A stretch of DNA of 64,000 nucleotides. Origin: an uncultured Planctomycetaceae bacterium. GTDB taxonomy: Bacteria; Planctomycetota; Planctomycetia; Planctomycetales; Planctomycetaceae. Shown here one piece after another: positions 31,275-42,810 of this stretch. The translations under genes were made by a program, and so were the position numbers. Numbering within the stretch: the first letter of the stretch is position 1; the number at the start of each line of letters is the position of its first letter. A model generated the notes under the pieces. The model did no database searches. It saw only the letters and a program-made list of their open reading frames with translations, and was not told the DNA's origin. The stretch spans positions 288,001 to 352,000 of the forward strand of contig CAWFGE010000013.1 in NCBI GenBank assembly GCA_963815195.1, written 5' to 3'.

Positions 31275-34200
31275 CGAGAGGAGCCTCTGTCACAATGACG
31301 TTTCGGTATCCCTCCACTTGGAGTATGACGGAGCCGTCTTCTCCGAAGACGGTAAAATCGAACAACGCGAGCTTGCCGGTCCGGCCCCGTTTTTTGATGT
31401 GGACCAGGCAGACTTCGCCCGGCGCGGGAGCGCGGCCGAGGCGGACGGCTTCGATTCCATCGGGAATCGACACCGCCCCCCGCAAATGCCACCAGAGCAC
31501 AACGCCGCAACTGAAAAAACAGGCATCGAGCAAAGCCGAGGGCATGACCCAGCGGCTGCCTTGCCGCCGGCCGCCGACTTCGCCCGGCGAGGGAGCGACG
31601 ATCTTGCCCCAGCCGTCTTCTTCGTCGACGGCGAACTCGCGCAGGCAGCGGAACACGGGGCCGTGATAAATCACCAGCTCGCTTTCCGGATACCAGCACA
31701 GCGTCCAGCCTGCCGGTTCCGGCGGCGGCGGAACGGCAAGAGCCGGCCGCCTGGGAGCGGTCTCGACCTGGGCCCGCAGATACGGTTTGTCCTTCAATAG
31801 CAACTGCCCGCGGCGGTTGTAAAAGTCGCAGGTGAAATCGCATTGGATCATGTCCCCTTCGGCCTGGGCGTGAACCCGCGCGGCTTGCATCTCGTCCGTA
31901 TGAAACCTGAGGCCGTTCAGGATTTCGATGTTCTTGATCCCCACGATTTCGGAATCCTCGCCCGCCAAGAGCCAGGCCGATTCCAGGATGGTTTCCAAGG
32001 TCATCACCACGGGCATCATCGGGCGTTCTTTGTAGCGGTGCTGGACGAGGAAAATGTCGTGCACCGGATCGAGCCGCACTTCGCTGATCAGCCGACGGCC
32101 GGGTTCCTGTTCGATGATCGAATCCACCATCGGAAACGCCTCCGGCCCGAAGGCATCGGCCGAATTGTGGGCCGCCGGTGAAGACAACAGGTTCGAGGTG
32201 TTGGCGTATTTTTCCCGGCAGTAACCGAGTTCGGTAATCGCGATTTCCCGTTCCGGCAGGCCCGCGGCGATTTCATTGAGCAGATGCTCGCAGCCTTCGC
32301 GGGCGGGCATGAAGGTGATGTTGTGCAACTTGGCGATGTGCTTCGATTCCGGCCGCACCGCCATCCCCACATCGTCCCACGCGTGCCAGTGGAACGTGGT
32401 CACCGGGCAATCGGGCCGTTGCTTCTTATACCACGCCCCGAGCTTGGCGAGCATTTCGTTGGCGAGGCAGTAATCGGTTTGCCCCACGCCGCCGAACCGC
32501 CCGCTGACCGAGCCGAACGTCACAAAAAACCCTAGCGGGTCGTTGATCGTCAAGGCCATCAGGTTCGCGGCCCCGTCGACTTTGGCCCGGATCGTGGCAT
32601 CGACGAGTTCGAGCTTTTTCTTCTCGAAGCTGGCGGCCCGCTCGAAGCCCGCCCCGTGCACGATCCCGGTGATCGGGCCGCTGGTCTGGCGAATCTCCGC
32701 GAGCAGTTGTTCGAGCGTCTCGCGGTCCGCAATGTCTGCGGAATGATAGCTCACATCCAGCCCCGCCTCGGCGAAGGCTTGGAGGTTCCGGTCGATCTCG
32801 ACCGCCTTTTCAAATCTGGCCCAGACATCGATCGGCTTTTGACCGGCGGCGAGGGCTTCTTTCATCACGGCGGCTTTGTAGTCCTTTAAGTCGGCTGTGC
32901 TAAATTGATGATACCCCGCCGGCACCAGAGGCTCTGGGCTGGAGCCGATCAAGTGCAGTTTCGCCCCGGTCCTTGAGCCGAGTTCGCGGGCGACTTCCGC
33001 CGTCACGCCCCGCGCTCCGCCCGTGACAACGAACACGCCGCCCTGCGGCAACTCGGCGGACTCGGTTTTAAGCGAAACCGCTTCCGGCCGGACCACAAAC
33101 CGCCGGCTTCCCAGGTAGCCAACTTCCAGTTCCGCATCGTTCGACAGCCATTCCCGAAGCGCGGCGTCGGCGAGTTCTTGCGGAGACATCGAAGCCGGGG
33201 CGTCGACGATTTTCGCGCGGAACGATTGCACATGCCGGGCGAGGCGGAGTTCCATCGCCACGCCTTTGACCAGGCCGGCGAGCGCACCGCTTTCCACGTT
33301 TTGCACATCGCCCGAAAACCCGAAGTCCCCGCCCAATTGCGTCAAGGCCAACAGCGAACCCTGGGCGAAGCGGTCGTCCGCGAGCATCAGTTGATACCAC
33401 TTCTGGCACACTTGATAAGGCAGCATCACCCCGCGCTGCCGGCGCTGATCCCACGCCGGCTCATCGAGATTCGTCACCGCTTCTGCAGCGCAGGTGGTCG
33501 CCAGGATCAAATGCGGCGACGGCGTGGTTTGCCAAACGGACTCCAATTTCGCCAGCAGGTTTTCGATGGATTCCTTCGCCGACAAATCCGTCACCAGAAC
33601 ATTGCACGATTGCAGTTTTTCCCGAATCGCCGCCGAGACGGGATTCTCGCCCACGATCACCACGCCGCCGGCGATTGGAGCGGTCTCGTTTTCCGGAAGC
33701 GGTTCGGTTTCGACCATCCGCATCGCGAATCGCTGGCAGACCGTTTTCTGATGGCGCTCTTCCGCTTGCCTGTAGGATTCGAGTAGTTCCTCGCGGGAAA
33801 TCGTGCTTGCGAAACTCGGCGAGGGATTTTCATTTGAAGGACCTTTTGATTCCGCGGACGAATGGGCCTGGAGTTCCGGCAGGAGTTCGCTGAGCTTCAA
33901 TTCGCAGAACTCATTTTGATGCCCGTTGGACTTGGGGCCGGCGGTGACCCACAGGTTGCCTCGGCCCGGCTCGAAAACGATGCTGATCTGGTTGTCCACT
34001 CGGCGGAGCGTGTTGATATTGGACGCGGGAACCTCGCGGCCCCGGCTGGGATCGAAGCGGTCCCGCAGGACTTGCTGTGCTCGTTCCGAAGTGATATTGC
34101 GGGGTGGATCGCCGCCCAGGAGATCGCGGAGCCGGTTCAAGCGGTGCTGCGAAGCGGCGGGGATTTCGCTGGCGAATGTCCGCATCAGCCGGTGGTTCGC

Positions 34201-37200
34201 GGAGATCACCGCCGGGGCGGTGGGCAGGACCTTGAGTTCGTGTCCATCGAACTCCACGTAACACACCCGGTCCGCGGCGTGATGGCTCAAGCACAAACTG
34301 AAAGCCCCGGCCTTGGGCAGTTGGCGGATGATCGCCACCGCGGTTTCGATGTCCTCCGCCTGCTCGAGCGCGGCTTTGACCATCACAATCGGCAGGCGGC
34401 CGACGGGGGACAATTCATCCTTGGGAATATCCAAGAGGGCCGCGGTGCTGATCGCCAGCCCGCGGGCGTTGATGCCGTTCAAACTGCCCACCTGCCCGGC
34501 GACGCCGAAGGTGATGCTCGCGAGCCCGTCCGCGGGTTTTCGGACTTGGATGACGCGGTCCAGACAATCCTGGACCCCCAAACCGAGCCTGAGTTCTTCA
34601 TTGGCCGCGTGGAGCAAGCCGTGATTTTGATTGAGCCGGGCCGTGACCGCGAAGTGCAACCCCCCGGCCCCGGCATCGAGATACAAGCGAAGGTTATGGG
34701 AAATCACGCTGCCCCATGTCACGTCCGCCCCCTTGGCGATGCCCCGCATTTCCTCCATGTCCCGAGGACCAAAGAAGGCGTCCGCCTGGGCCACGAGCGT
34801 TTCCATGTCCCGCATGCGGTCCCAACGGCTGCCGGCGAGGTCGGCGTACCGTCTGAGGATCGCGCGGATCTCCGCCTTGCGAGCCTGCCCGTGTTGATAG
34901 CCCATTTCATAAGGCGAGCCGGACAGCCTGAGCACATGGAGCCCGTGATGCTCTTCCACCACCGGCGATGCGTCGGCGACGGCAGATTCCACGGCCGGTT
35001 GTACGGAAGATGGTTCGGTGGCCCGAGCGATCCGCAGCCCGGAGGTTTGACGATCGGGATCGAGCGCCCCGGTGACTTCCACGCAGGCGCGGGCGGCGAA
35101 GAGTTGTTGGAGGCCGCTGCGCTTGGGATGATCGCAGCCGACGGTCACGAGTTCGCCATTGGGAAAGATGCGGTTGTGGAGTCCCGTGAGCACCTGCCGG
35201 GGACCGACTTCGATGATGATGTTGACCCCCTCCGCCACGAGCCGTTCTGCGAGGGCAACGTATTCCACGGGTTTCGTCATTTGGAGGACGAGGTTTTCGC
35301 GGATGTCTAACGGGTCGGCCACATAGCGGTTGGTGACGCTGCTCAACACCGGAACCTTGGGCGGCGTGATGGCGATTTGCTCGAGGGCCGCTGCGAAGGG
35401 CTTCTTGACCGGTTCCATCAGCCAGGTGTGAAACGCGGCGGGCACATCGAGAATTTTCGCTTGAAAGCCCTGTTGGATCACGGCCTCGGCCAATCGCGAG
35501 ACCGCTTCTTCCGTTCCACCCGCGACGGTCTGGTCGGGGGCGTTCTGGTGGGAGATGGCCAGGTCGGAAATCTGCCGGCAGTGGGTTTCGATCACGTCGG
35601 CGGGTGCGGAGGTGGAGACCAGGACACCGGGATTTTGGGCACAGTTGTCGATGGACTCGCAGCGGGCGCGGGTGGCGAGCACGGCTTCTTCAAAACTCCA
35701 AGCCCCGGCCGCGACCAAGGCCGCCAGTTCGCCGAAACTGTGCCCGAACACGCAATCGGGTTTGAGCCCCAGTTCGCTCACCGCCGCATACGCCAGCGTA
35801 TTCGCGACCAGCAGCGACAGCTGCGTCCGCCAGACATCGGACTCCAGCGGGTTCTCTTCCTGCCACGCGAGCTTGGCGAAGCTCGGGAGATCGAGTTTGG
35901 CGAGGACTTCGTCGAGCTTTCGGCACGTTTCCCGCGCGGGGGCGAAATCTTCCACCAAGGATTTGAGCATCCCCGTGTACTGCGATCCCTGTCCTGGAAA
36001 TGCAAACGCAATCCGCGGCGGCTCGCTGAGGACTTCATTCCAGAAGATGCCTTTGCCTTCCAGAATCGATTTCGCCGCCGGCTCCCGGCCCTGCTTGAGG
36101 AACAGATCGAGCTTCGCCGCCAGGTCGTCCGCGGACTCCGTGACGATCGCCAATCGATTGCGGTGCGACGCTTGGAAAGCCGATTGATCGGCTGCGGCAT
36201 AAAGTTTCCCGGCCTGCTCGATCGCGTCCGCGGCGGCATCCCAAAGCTCGGTTTCGTTCGCGGCCCCAATCCGCACGGTCCGCCAGGTTCCAATGGAATC
36301 TTGATCGGATTTCGCACTATCAATCGGCTTCGCGGCGTCACGGCTGGGTTTCGTGCGCGGGGCGGGAGCTTTGGGCACCTTCAATGCGCCTTCGATGATG
36401 AGGTGATACGCCACCTGGCATTGGGAGAAAGAATTGATGCCGGCGTACATTCGGCCGTCTTCGTTGAGGCCCGGCAGCTTCGCCGCGGTTCGGGAAAGAG
36501 CGAGCGTTTGCTCGTGGGATGAGATTTCCGGCCGGAGCGAATCGCCGACGACGTTGGGCGGCATCTCGGCGTGATTGAGTTCCGACATCGCCTTGAGCAA
36601 TTCGAGTGCCCCCGACACGCCGCCCGTGTGCCCGAACTGCCCGGCGACCGCGCCGATTTGAAGCTGAGCATCCCGCGGTTCGGAGCCGAAGGTCTTGACG
36701 ATGGCCGCGAGTTCGGCCTGGTCCTTTTGCGGAATGCCCGTGGCAGCCGTCTCCACGATGGAAATTTGCGACTGCGACAGCCCGGCATTCGCGTAACTGC
36801 GGTTCGGCGGCGAGCTTCAGGCCTTCTTCGAGAGATTCGCTTCGGGCCACGCCGATGCCGCGGATGATGGCATGAACGCGGTTGCCGTCGCGCTCGGCGT
36901 CGGAAAGCCGTTTGAGCAACAAGACCCCCACGCCTTCGCCGGGCACGCAGCCGTCGGCGTGTTGGTCGAAGGGACCCTTTGGCGACGTGAAGGTGAGCAG
37001 TCCATTGCGGGCCATGAGTTCATACGATCCAAAGCCCATCGCCCTATGCCCGGCGGCGCAGATCATCATGTCGCAGTCGCCCGTTTCGAGCAAATCCATG
37101 CAGGCGTTGAGAGCCGCCAACGACGAGGCATCGCCGGAGTCCACCGCCGTCGCCCCGCCCATCAGGTCGAAGGTTTTGGTGATCCGCGAGGACATGGTGC

Positions 37201-39250
37201 TCGCGGTGAAGCTGCCGGTCTCGTCGACCAACGCCGGCATCCGCTTGAGCAGGATTTTCTGGTACTCGTCGGCGATGCGGCCGATGGCCTTTTCCGGGAC
37301 GCCTCGTTTTCGCAGGCTGTTCGCGAGGTGCTTTTGGAACTTGGGCAGGCCCAGCCCCATTTGCAATTGCTCGCCGAAGTCGCCGCCGCAGAAAATCGTG
37401 CCCACGACCACGCCGGTCCGCAGGCGGTCGAAAGGTTTCTCCTTGCTGTATCCCGCATCCTGGAGCGCCTGGTCCGCGGCGTCGAGGAGCATGAACTGCA
37501 GCGGGTCGGCGGTGGCGATTTGCTTGGGCGGGACTTTGTGCTTTTTCCAATCGTATTCGAAATCGGTGATAAAGCCGCCGACGTTCACGGGCACTTTCCA
37601 GATCTCGTTCGATCCCGGCTCGTAGCCGAGGGACGCATCCCAGCGATTTAGCGGCACGGGGCGTTTTTGATCCTGCCCCGAAGCGAGAACGTCCCACAGA
37701 GCGTCCGCCGTCCGTGCCCCGGGAAACACGGCGCCGACGCCAATGATCGCAATCGGCTCGCAGCGCTTGCGGCTGAGAACGCGCGGTGCGCTGGTTGTCT
37801 TTTTCGATGGACCGATGAGTTGCCTGGCGGTGTCGGGGCGGCCTTCTTCCAAGACGACGTGCACATTGAGGCCGCCGATACCGAAAGCGTTGACGGCCGC
37901 TCGGCGGGGCCCGCCCGCGGCTGGTTCCGGCCAAGGCAGAGACTGTTGCGGGACGAAGAACGGCACCTGGTCCCATTGGATCGCTGGGTTTTGATGGTGG
38001 ATGTTGATTTGCGGCGGGATCAGGCCGTTTTTCATCGAGAGCACGGCTTTGACGAGGCTCGCCAGACCCGCCGATTCCAGCGTGTGGCCCACATTCGCTT
38101 TGACGCTGCCCACGGGAATTTTCTGGCCGGGCCGGAAGTGCTCGCCGAGGACTTTGGTGAGGGCCGCGATTTCGGTGGCGTCGCCGACCTGCGTGGAGGT
38201 GGCGTGCATTTCGACGTATTGGAGATCCTCGATCTTGAGTTCATCGTGATAAGCCCGGCGGATCGCTTCGATCTGCCCTTCCTGCCGGGGTGCCCAGAGG
38301 CTCTTGCCCTTGCCGTCGGAGGAAATCCCGATCCCGCGAATCACGGCCTGAATCTCATCGCCCGCGGCGAGCGCGGCTTCCAAAGTTTTGAGGCAGAGCA
38401 CGATGTAGCCGTCCGAAGCCACGAGGCCGTCGGCGTCGGCATCGAAGGGCCGGCTGCCCGTCGGGCTGACCGATTGGGCCTGAGAGAACAGCACCAGGCA
38501 ATCGGAATGCACATAAGACGCCCCGCCCACGATCGCCATGTCGATCTGGCCGAGTTGGAGCGCTCGAGCCGCGTGGCCCAAGGCCCGCAATGACGAAGCA
38601 CACGCGGCATCGAACGCCATGGACGGACCGTTCAAGTTGAGGCCCTGCGTAATCAAAGCCGCCGCGTGATACGCATTGGAGCACATGCGAAGCTGCGGAT
38701 GGTCGGGATGGAAGGGGCCGCGAAATTGGGCGATGATTTCGCGGATCACATCGTCCGCCTGCTCCGGCGTGAGTTGCTTGAAGTCGGCGATCTCGCGGAG
38801 ATACTGGGCCGCATGTTCCAGTTGCCGGGCATAAACCACCGCCCCGGCGAGCGCGCTGGGCGGGGTATGGCCGATGTAAACCCCCACGTTGTCGGTCGGC
38901 AATTTGAACGGATCGAGCCCCGCATGCCGGCACGCCGCAACCGCGACTTCATAGAGCCTTAAATGCACTTTGTGGGATTGGTTGATGAGCGACTGCGGCA
39001 GCGGGCTGGTTTTGGGATCGAACGGCCGCTCGGCCACCATCCCGCCCATCTTGGTGTAGGACTTGGTCTTGTGGCCTTTGTCGGGATGGTAATAGAGGGC
39101 GGGATCGAAACGTTCCGGCGGAAGCTCGCCCAGGTTGCTCAGGCCCTCGGCGAGCAAGCTCCAAAACTCGTCGAGATTGTCGGCTCCGGGCAGCCGGCAA
39201 GCCATCCCGGTGATGGCCAGGGGAATTTCCGCGTCAATGGATTTTGACAT
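31261..39250 (-). CDS. Type I (PfaA/Hgl-like) PKS: KS-KS(inactive/CLF-like)-AT-C45 Ntn-hydrolase-like-KR-DH (apparent 1-nt insertion ~36803)
   Basis: KS1 DAACASSL/EMHATST/NVGHT; KS2 DSGDASSL; AT FPGQGSQY/GHSFG/AAFH; C45-like LSGSPYEMGYQHG...LLHAANEE...GINARGLAI; KR TGGARG/HGAG/YCLAN; DH QHRYKERPMMP/DACF. ORFs 36338-39274 and 31261-36756 join as ...KLAA[E/N]RSYANAGLSQSQISIVETAATG. Confidence 0.9.
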
Positions 39251-39357
39251 TTTGGAAAAGTCAACGTGATGCAAGGCGAGGCGGGCGATATTGCATCGTG
39301 CAAAGGAACCGGCGCGAGTTCAGTTTGCGCCACATCAGGCGGGGCAGGGTGGAGTGG

Positions 39358-39392
39358 GCCTTCCGAACTCCGGCCGTGGGAGTTCGGAAGGC
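39358..39392. promoter_or_regulatory. Intercistronic stem-loop between the ACP and PKS genes
   Basis: GCCTTCCGAACTC / GAGTTCGGAAGGC perfect 13-bp stem, no U-tract. Confidence 0.55.
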
Positions 39393-39411
39393 GAAGCGGA
39401 GGTTTTCGCGG

Positions 39412-40815
39412 TCAGCCCGCGGCTTTTCCCGGCGCGGCCAAGAATTCGCAGACGTGCCGCAATGTGGGGAAATCGTCGAGGGACAAATTCTCGTCGGTCA
39501 CATCGACCGAAATCGCAAATTGTTCGGCCAGTTCGCCCATCATTTGGGCTTTCTTGATGCTGTCGATGCCGAGGTCCGCTTCGAGGTCGGCATCCAACTC
39601 CACCATCTCCGGCGGGTAGCCGGTCTGCTCCACCACGAAGTTCACAAGGAACTCTTCGAGTTCATGCTGCCCCAAAGCGGACGGCGCGTCTGCCTGGGTT
39701 TCTATCTTGGTCTCGGGTTGGGCGGACGGATGAGTGCCATTCGCCGAGGGACCGGGCGGCGCGGCGGTTGTCGTGACAGGTGTCGCCGGAGCTGGAGAAA
39801 TGCTCTCGGCCACGGGGGTGGGCGTTTTCGTTTGAGGCTTCGCCGCGGTGGATCCCGAACTTGCCGATTGCAAAAACTCCATCACGTGCCGGAGCGTGGG
39901 AAAATCGTCCAGCGAGAGATTTTCATCGGCGACATCGACCGAGATGGAAAACTGCTCCGCAAGCTCGCCGAAGAGTTGAGCCTTTTTGATGCTGTCGATG
40001 CCCAGGTCGGCTTCGAGGTCGGCGTCCATTTCCACCATCTCCGGCGGGTAGCCGGTTTGCTCGACGACGAAATCGACGAGAAACGATTCCAAATCCACAT
40101 TACCCAGCGGATTCGCCGCGGGAGCCGAATCCTCTGCGGCCGGACGCGCGGAATAATGAACCGCCCCGTTCCCGTTGGCGTGCGGATTCACCGAACCATT
40201 GCTGCCCGGCTTTTCCGGCTCTCGGCTCCGGGCTCTCGGCTCTGGGCTCTGGGCCGGCTCTGGGCTCGCCGCTTTTCGCGCTCCGCTTTCCAGGAACTGC
40301 ATTACGTGGGCGAGGGTCGGAAAGTCGTCCAGCGACAAACTTTCATCGGCGACATCGACCGCGATTTCAAATTGCTCAGCGAGTTCCCCGAAGAGTTGAG
40401 CCTTCTTGATGCTGTCGATGCCCAGGTCGGCTTCGAGGTCGGCGTCCATTTCCACCATTTCGGGCGGGTAGCCGGTTTGCTCGACGACGAAATCGATCAA
40501 GAAGTTTTCCAAGTCCGCCCCGCTGAGTTGCCTGAGCGACGGGGCGGTCTTGGCGGGTTCGGGCGGATTGATGTTGAAAGCATCCAAAGTCGCCGCCGGC
40601 TCTTTTGGTTTTTCCGCTGGCTTCGGCGCAGGTTCCGGCACGGATTTCGGGGCCGGCGTTTGTTGTTGCGGTTCCGTTGCGGGCGAATCCTGCGACTTTT
40701 GGCGCATTTTCTCCTTGCGCCGCTGGGTCGCATCGAAATGGATGATTCCCGCCTCACAATCTTCAGTCAGCGCCTCGTGACCCAACATGTCGGACGCATG
40801 GATGAGTGAACTCAC
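39412..40815 (-). CDS. Stand-alone triple acyl-carrier protein
   Basis: Three near-identical domains FVVEQTGYPPEMVE.DADLEADLGIDSIKKAQ separated by P/A-rich linkers. Confidence 0.95.
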   Translation of the reverse strand: MSSLIHASDMLGHEALTEDCEAGIIHFDATQRRKEKMRQKSQDSPATEPQQQTPAPKSVPEPAPKPAEKPKEPAATLDAFNINPPEPAKTAPSLRQLSGADLENFLIDFVVEQTGYPPEMVEMDADLEADLGIDSIKKAQLFGELAEQFEIAVDVADESLSLDDFPTLAHVMQFLESGARKAASPEPAQSPEPRARSREPEKPGSNGSVNPHANGNGAVHYSARPAAEDSAPAANPLGNVDLESFLVDFVVEQTGYPPEMVEMDADLEADLGIDSIKKAQLFGELAEQFSISVDVADENLSLDDFPTLRHVMEFLQSASSGSTAAKPQTKTPTPVAESISPAPATPVTTTAAPPGPSANGTHPSAQPETKIETQADAPSALGQHELEEFLVNFVVEQTGYPPEMVELDADLEADLGIDSIKKAQMMGELAEQFAISVDVTDENLSLDDFPTLRHVCEFLAAPGKAAG

Positions 40816-40936
40816 TTCCCACTCCGCTTATTCTAAACAATCGAAAGATCTCCCTCGCCCCTGTCCAACCAGGAGCGACCCAGCCCACTCGCGGGATCGC
40901 ACGGGTCCATCGTGCTGTCCCGCAAATGGAGACGTT

Positions 40937-42478
40937 TTATTCCCCCGGCGAGAGGTTTGGACTCTTGCCGGCGGCGATTGCCAAATTCTGCAAGGCGTCG
41001 GCGAGGTCTTCTAAGGGAACCCCGTTGCCTTCGATCACGACGCGGCCAGTCCCAATGGCCTCTCCGGCATTTGTGCGGGATTCCGCCAATTGCGCGAATG
41101 TCGTGGTGTTGAGATAGTATGTCGCCGTGCATCGTGCGCTCAAGCCCGGACGCGTGGAAATCAATTTCCCCTGTTCCAATGTTAACTCCCATTCGCCGCC
41201 GCCAGGACCGTTGATCTGCAGCCCCAAATGGATCGGCGAGGAACTTTCAACATTTTTCGCGGCGGAATCCGAAACCAGCAGCCGGCCGGGCATCGGCTTC
41301 ATGCGGGCATGCACATCAAAAGCCGGGGCCGGCGGAATCATTCGCGGCCAGCCGAAATTGTTTTCGATGGCATACCGGCACATGCGGCGGATCACCGCGT
41401 GATTCATTTCCGGGCACGGCAAATGCGGCAGGGCGTGCTCGAGGTTTCGCCGGTCGAACGTCGGATCATCCTTCCAATACGCCTGGTAAACGGTCATCCC
41501 ATCCAGAAACGACTTGCGAAACAAGTCCCAATCGATGGATTCGGGCGTCAATTCGCTTTCGTAATCCATCTTGTCCAAGAAAACCTCCTCCATCACGTCC
41601 TGAATCATCCGCACCGACGTTTTTTGCGCCGGCGTGAGATGATAGGTCTTCTGGTGAAACTTGGGGGACTGGAAAATCTCGGAAATCACGCGAGAACACC
41701 AATCCACCGGCACCAGATTTTTGCACTCGTGGCCTTCGAGCTTTAAAATCTCCCGCAGACGCTCGGAAACCATTTTGATGACTTCCGTCATGCCTTCGCG
41801 GGACGCCCCCGGCATCGCCGCCCGCGAAAGCAGCGTGGAAACCAACTTCAGCGGCACGTAAAACCCGTGAAAGGTTGTGGAATAGCCCGTTTGCGAATCG
41901 CCCAGAATGATCGCGGGCCGATAAACCGTGACCGAATCCAAAAAGTCGGCCCCGCGGACGAGCAACTCCGCCTGAAACTTGCTGATTTCATAATCGTTGC
42001 CGTGTTTTTGGCCGACGTCGAGTTCATCTTCCCTCACGATGTCCTGCCGGAGTCCGCAGACATAAGCCGTGGAGACATGATGGAACTCGCGAATCCGCGC
42101 CTGCCGGGCGAACTCGAGGAGATATTGGGTCCCGTGCAAATTCGACCGCCAAGGCTCGCCGTCCGGCGAGTCGGCGTGGAACGTCAAACTGGCGGCATTG
42201 TGCAGAATCGCCCGGCAGTTTTCGGCGGCCCATTTCGCCTCGGCCTCTGTCAGTCCCAAACCGGGCTGGCACAGATTTCCTTCAAGCACGACGGGGCGGG
42301 GCAGCGCATGGCCCGCGGCTTTTTCCCAGCGGGCGACCAGATTTTCCACGCGGTGCACCGCCGATTCAAATCGGGTGCCACGAACCAAAACCGCCAATTT
42401 CACATCGGCGCGAAGCAGATCGCGAATCAAATAGGACCCTAAAAGCCCCGTGCCGCCGGTGAGGAAAACATAACTCAT
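40937..42478 (-). CDS. Thioester/acyl reductase (NAD_binding_4, HglB/FAR-like) with a C-terminal SCP2-like domain
   Basis: FLTGGTGLLG, HNAAS, HVSTAYV, YEISK, YRPAII; C-terminal LQINGPGGGEWEL...GRVVIEG. Confidence 0.85.
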   Translation of the reverse strand: MSYVFLTGGTGLLGSYLIRDLLRADVKLAVLVRGTRFESAVHRVENLVARWEKAAGHALPRPVVLEGNLCQPGLGLTEAEAKWAAENCRAILHNAASLTFHADSPDGEPWRSNLHGTQYLLEFARQARIREFHHVSTAYVCGLRQDIVREDELDVGQKHGNDYEISKFQAELLVRGADFLDSVTVYRPAIILGDSQTGYSTTFHGFYVPLKLVSTLLSRAAMPGASREGMTEVIKMVSERLREILKLEGHECKNLVPVDWCSRVISEIFQSPKFHQKTYHLTPAQKTSVRMIQDVMEEVFLDKMDYESELTPESIDWDLFRKSFLDGMTVYQAYWKDDPTFDRRNLEHALPHLPCPEMNHAVIRRMCRYAIENNFGWPRMIPPAPAFDVHARMKPMPGRLLVSDSAAKNVESSSPIHLGLQINGPGGGEWELTLEQGKLISTRPGLSARCTATYYLNTTTFAQLAESRTNAGEAIGTGRVVIEGNGVPLEDLADALQNLAIAAGKSPNLSPGE

Positions 42479-42810
42479 CGCGTCAAACTCTTGGAGTCGG
42501 ATCCCTCCCCTCCGTTTGTATGAGATTCTCTCTAAAAGAACATCAAAAGATCGGCTGATCTTGCGTTTACGTACCCTGGCCCTCGGATGTTACGTCTTAC
42601 GAATATAATGTTGGTGCAACCCCGAATCAAGAACCAGCCTGGGTAAACTTCCTATCTTGACAAGTTGACTTCAATTCCTCTCCCTTATTACTCTGGATTC
42701 CGGTTTAGGGAGGTTTCGACGGCGGTGCGGGCCTCTTTTCCACAGATTCCTTAAGAATTCCTCCCGAAATGCGGCCGGCGATCGGCCGGTCGCCAACCCG
42801 AAAGACCTCC

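Noticed and set aside
34645..34670. GCTS (canonical Ntn nucleophile motif) in an alternative frame at the C45 site
   Set aside because: That frame continues as non-homologous sequence (ORF 34479-34676) while the main frame keeps HFAV..LLHAANEE. Treated as coincidence unless reads show paired indels.
36790..36810. Programmed frameshift or two-gene split in the PKS
   Set aside because: The break falls inside the KS2 domain, there is no obvious slippery heptamer, and similar indels occur throughout the window.
39250..39412. ACP gene fused to the KS gene through a frameshift
   Set aside because: A single indel near the ACP stop does not give an open frame into the KS, and the gap contains a stem-loop typical of an intercistronic region.
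39244..40809. 521-aa plus-strand ORF with internal repeats
   Set aside because: Antisense of the triple-ACP gene; its repeats mirror the ACP repeats.
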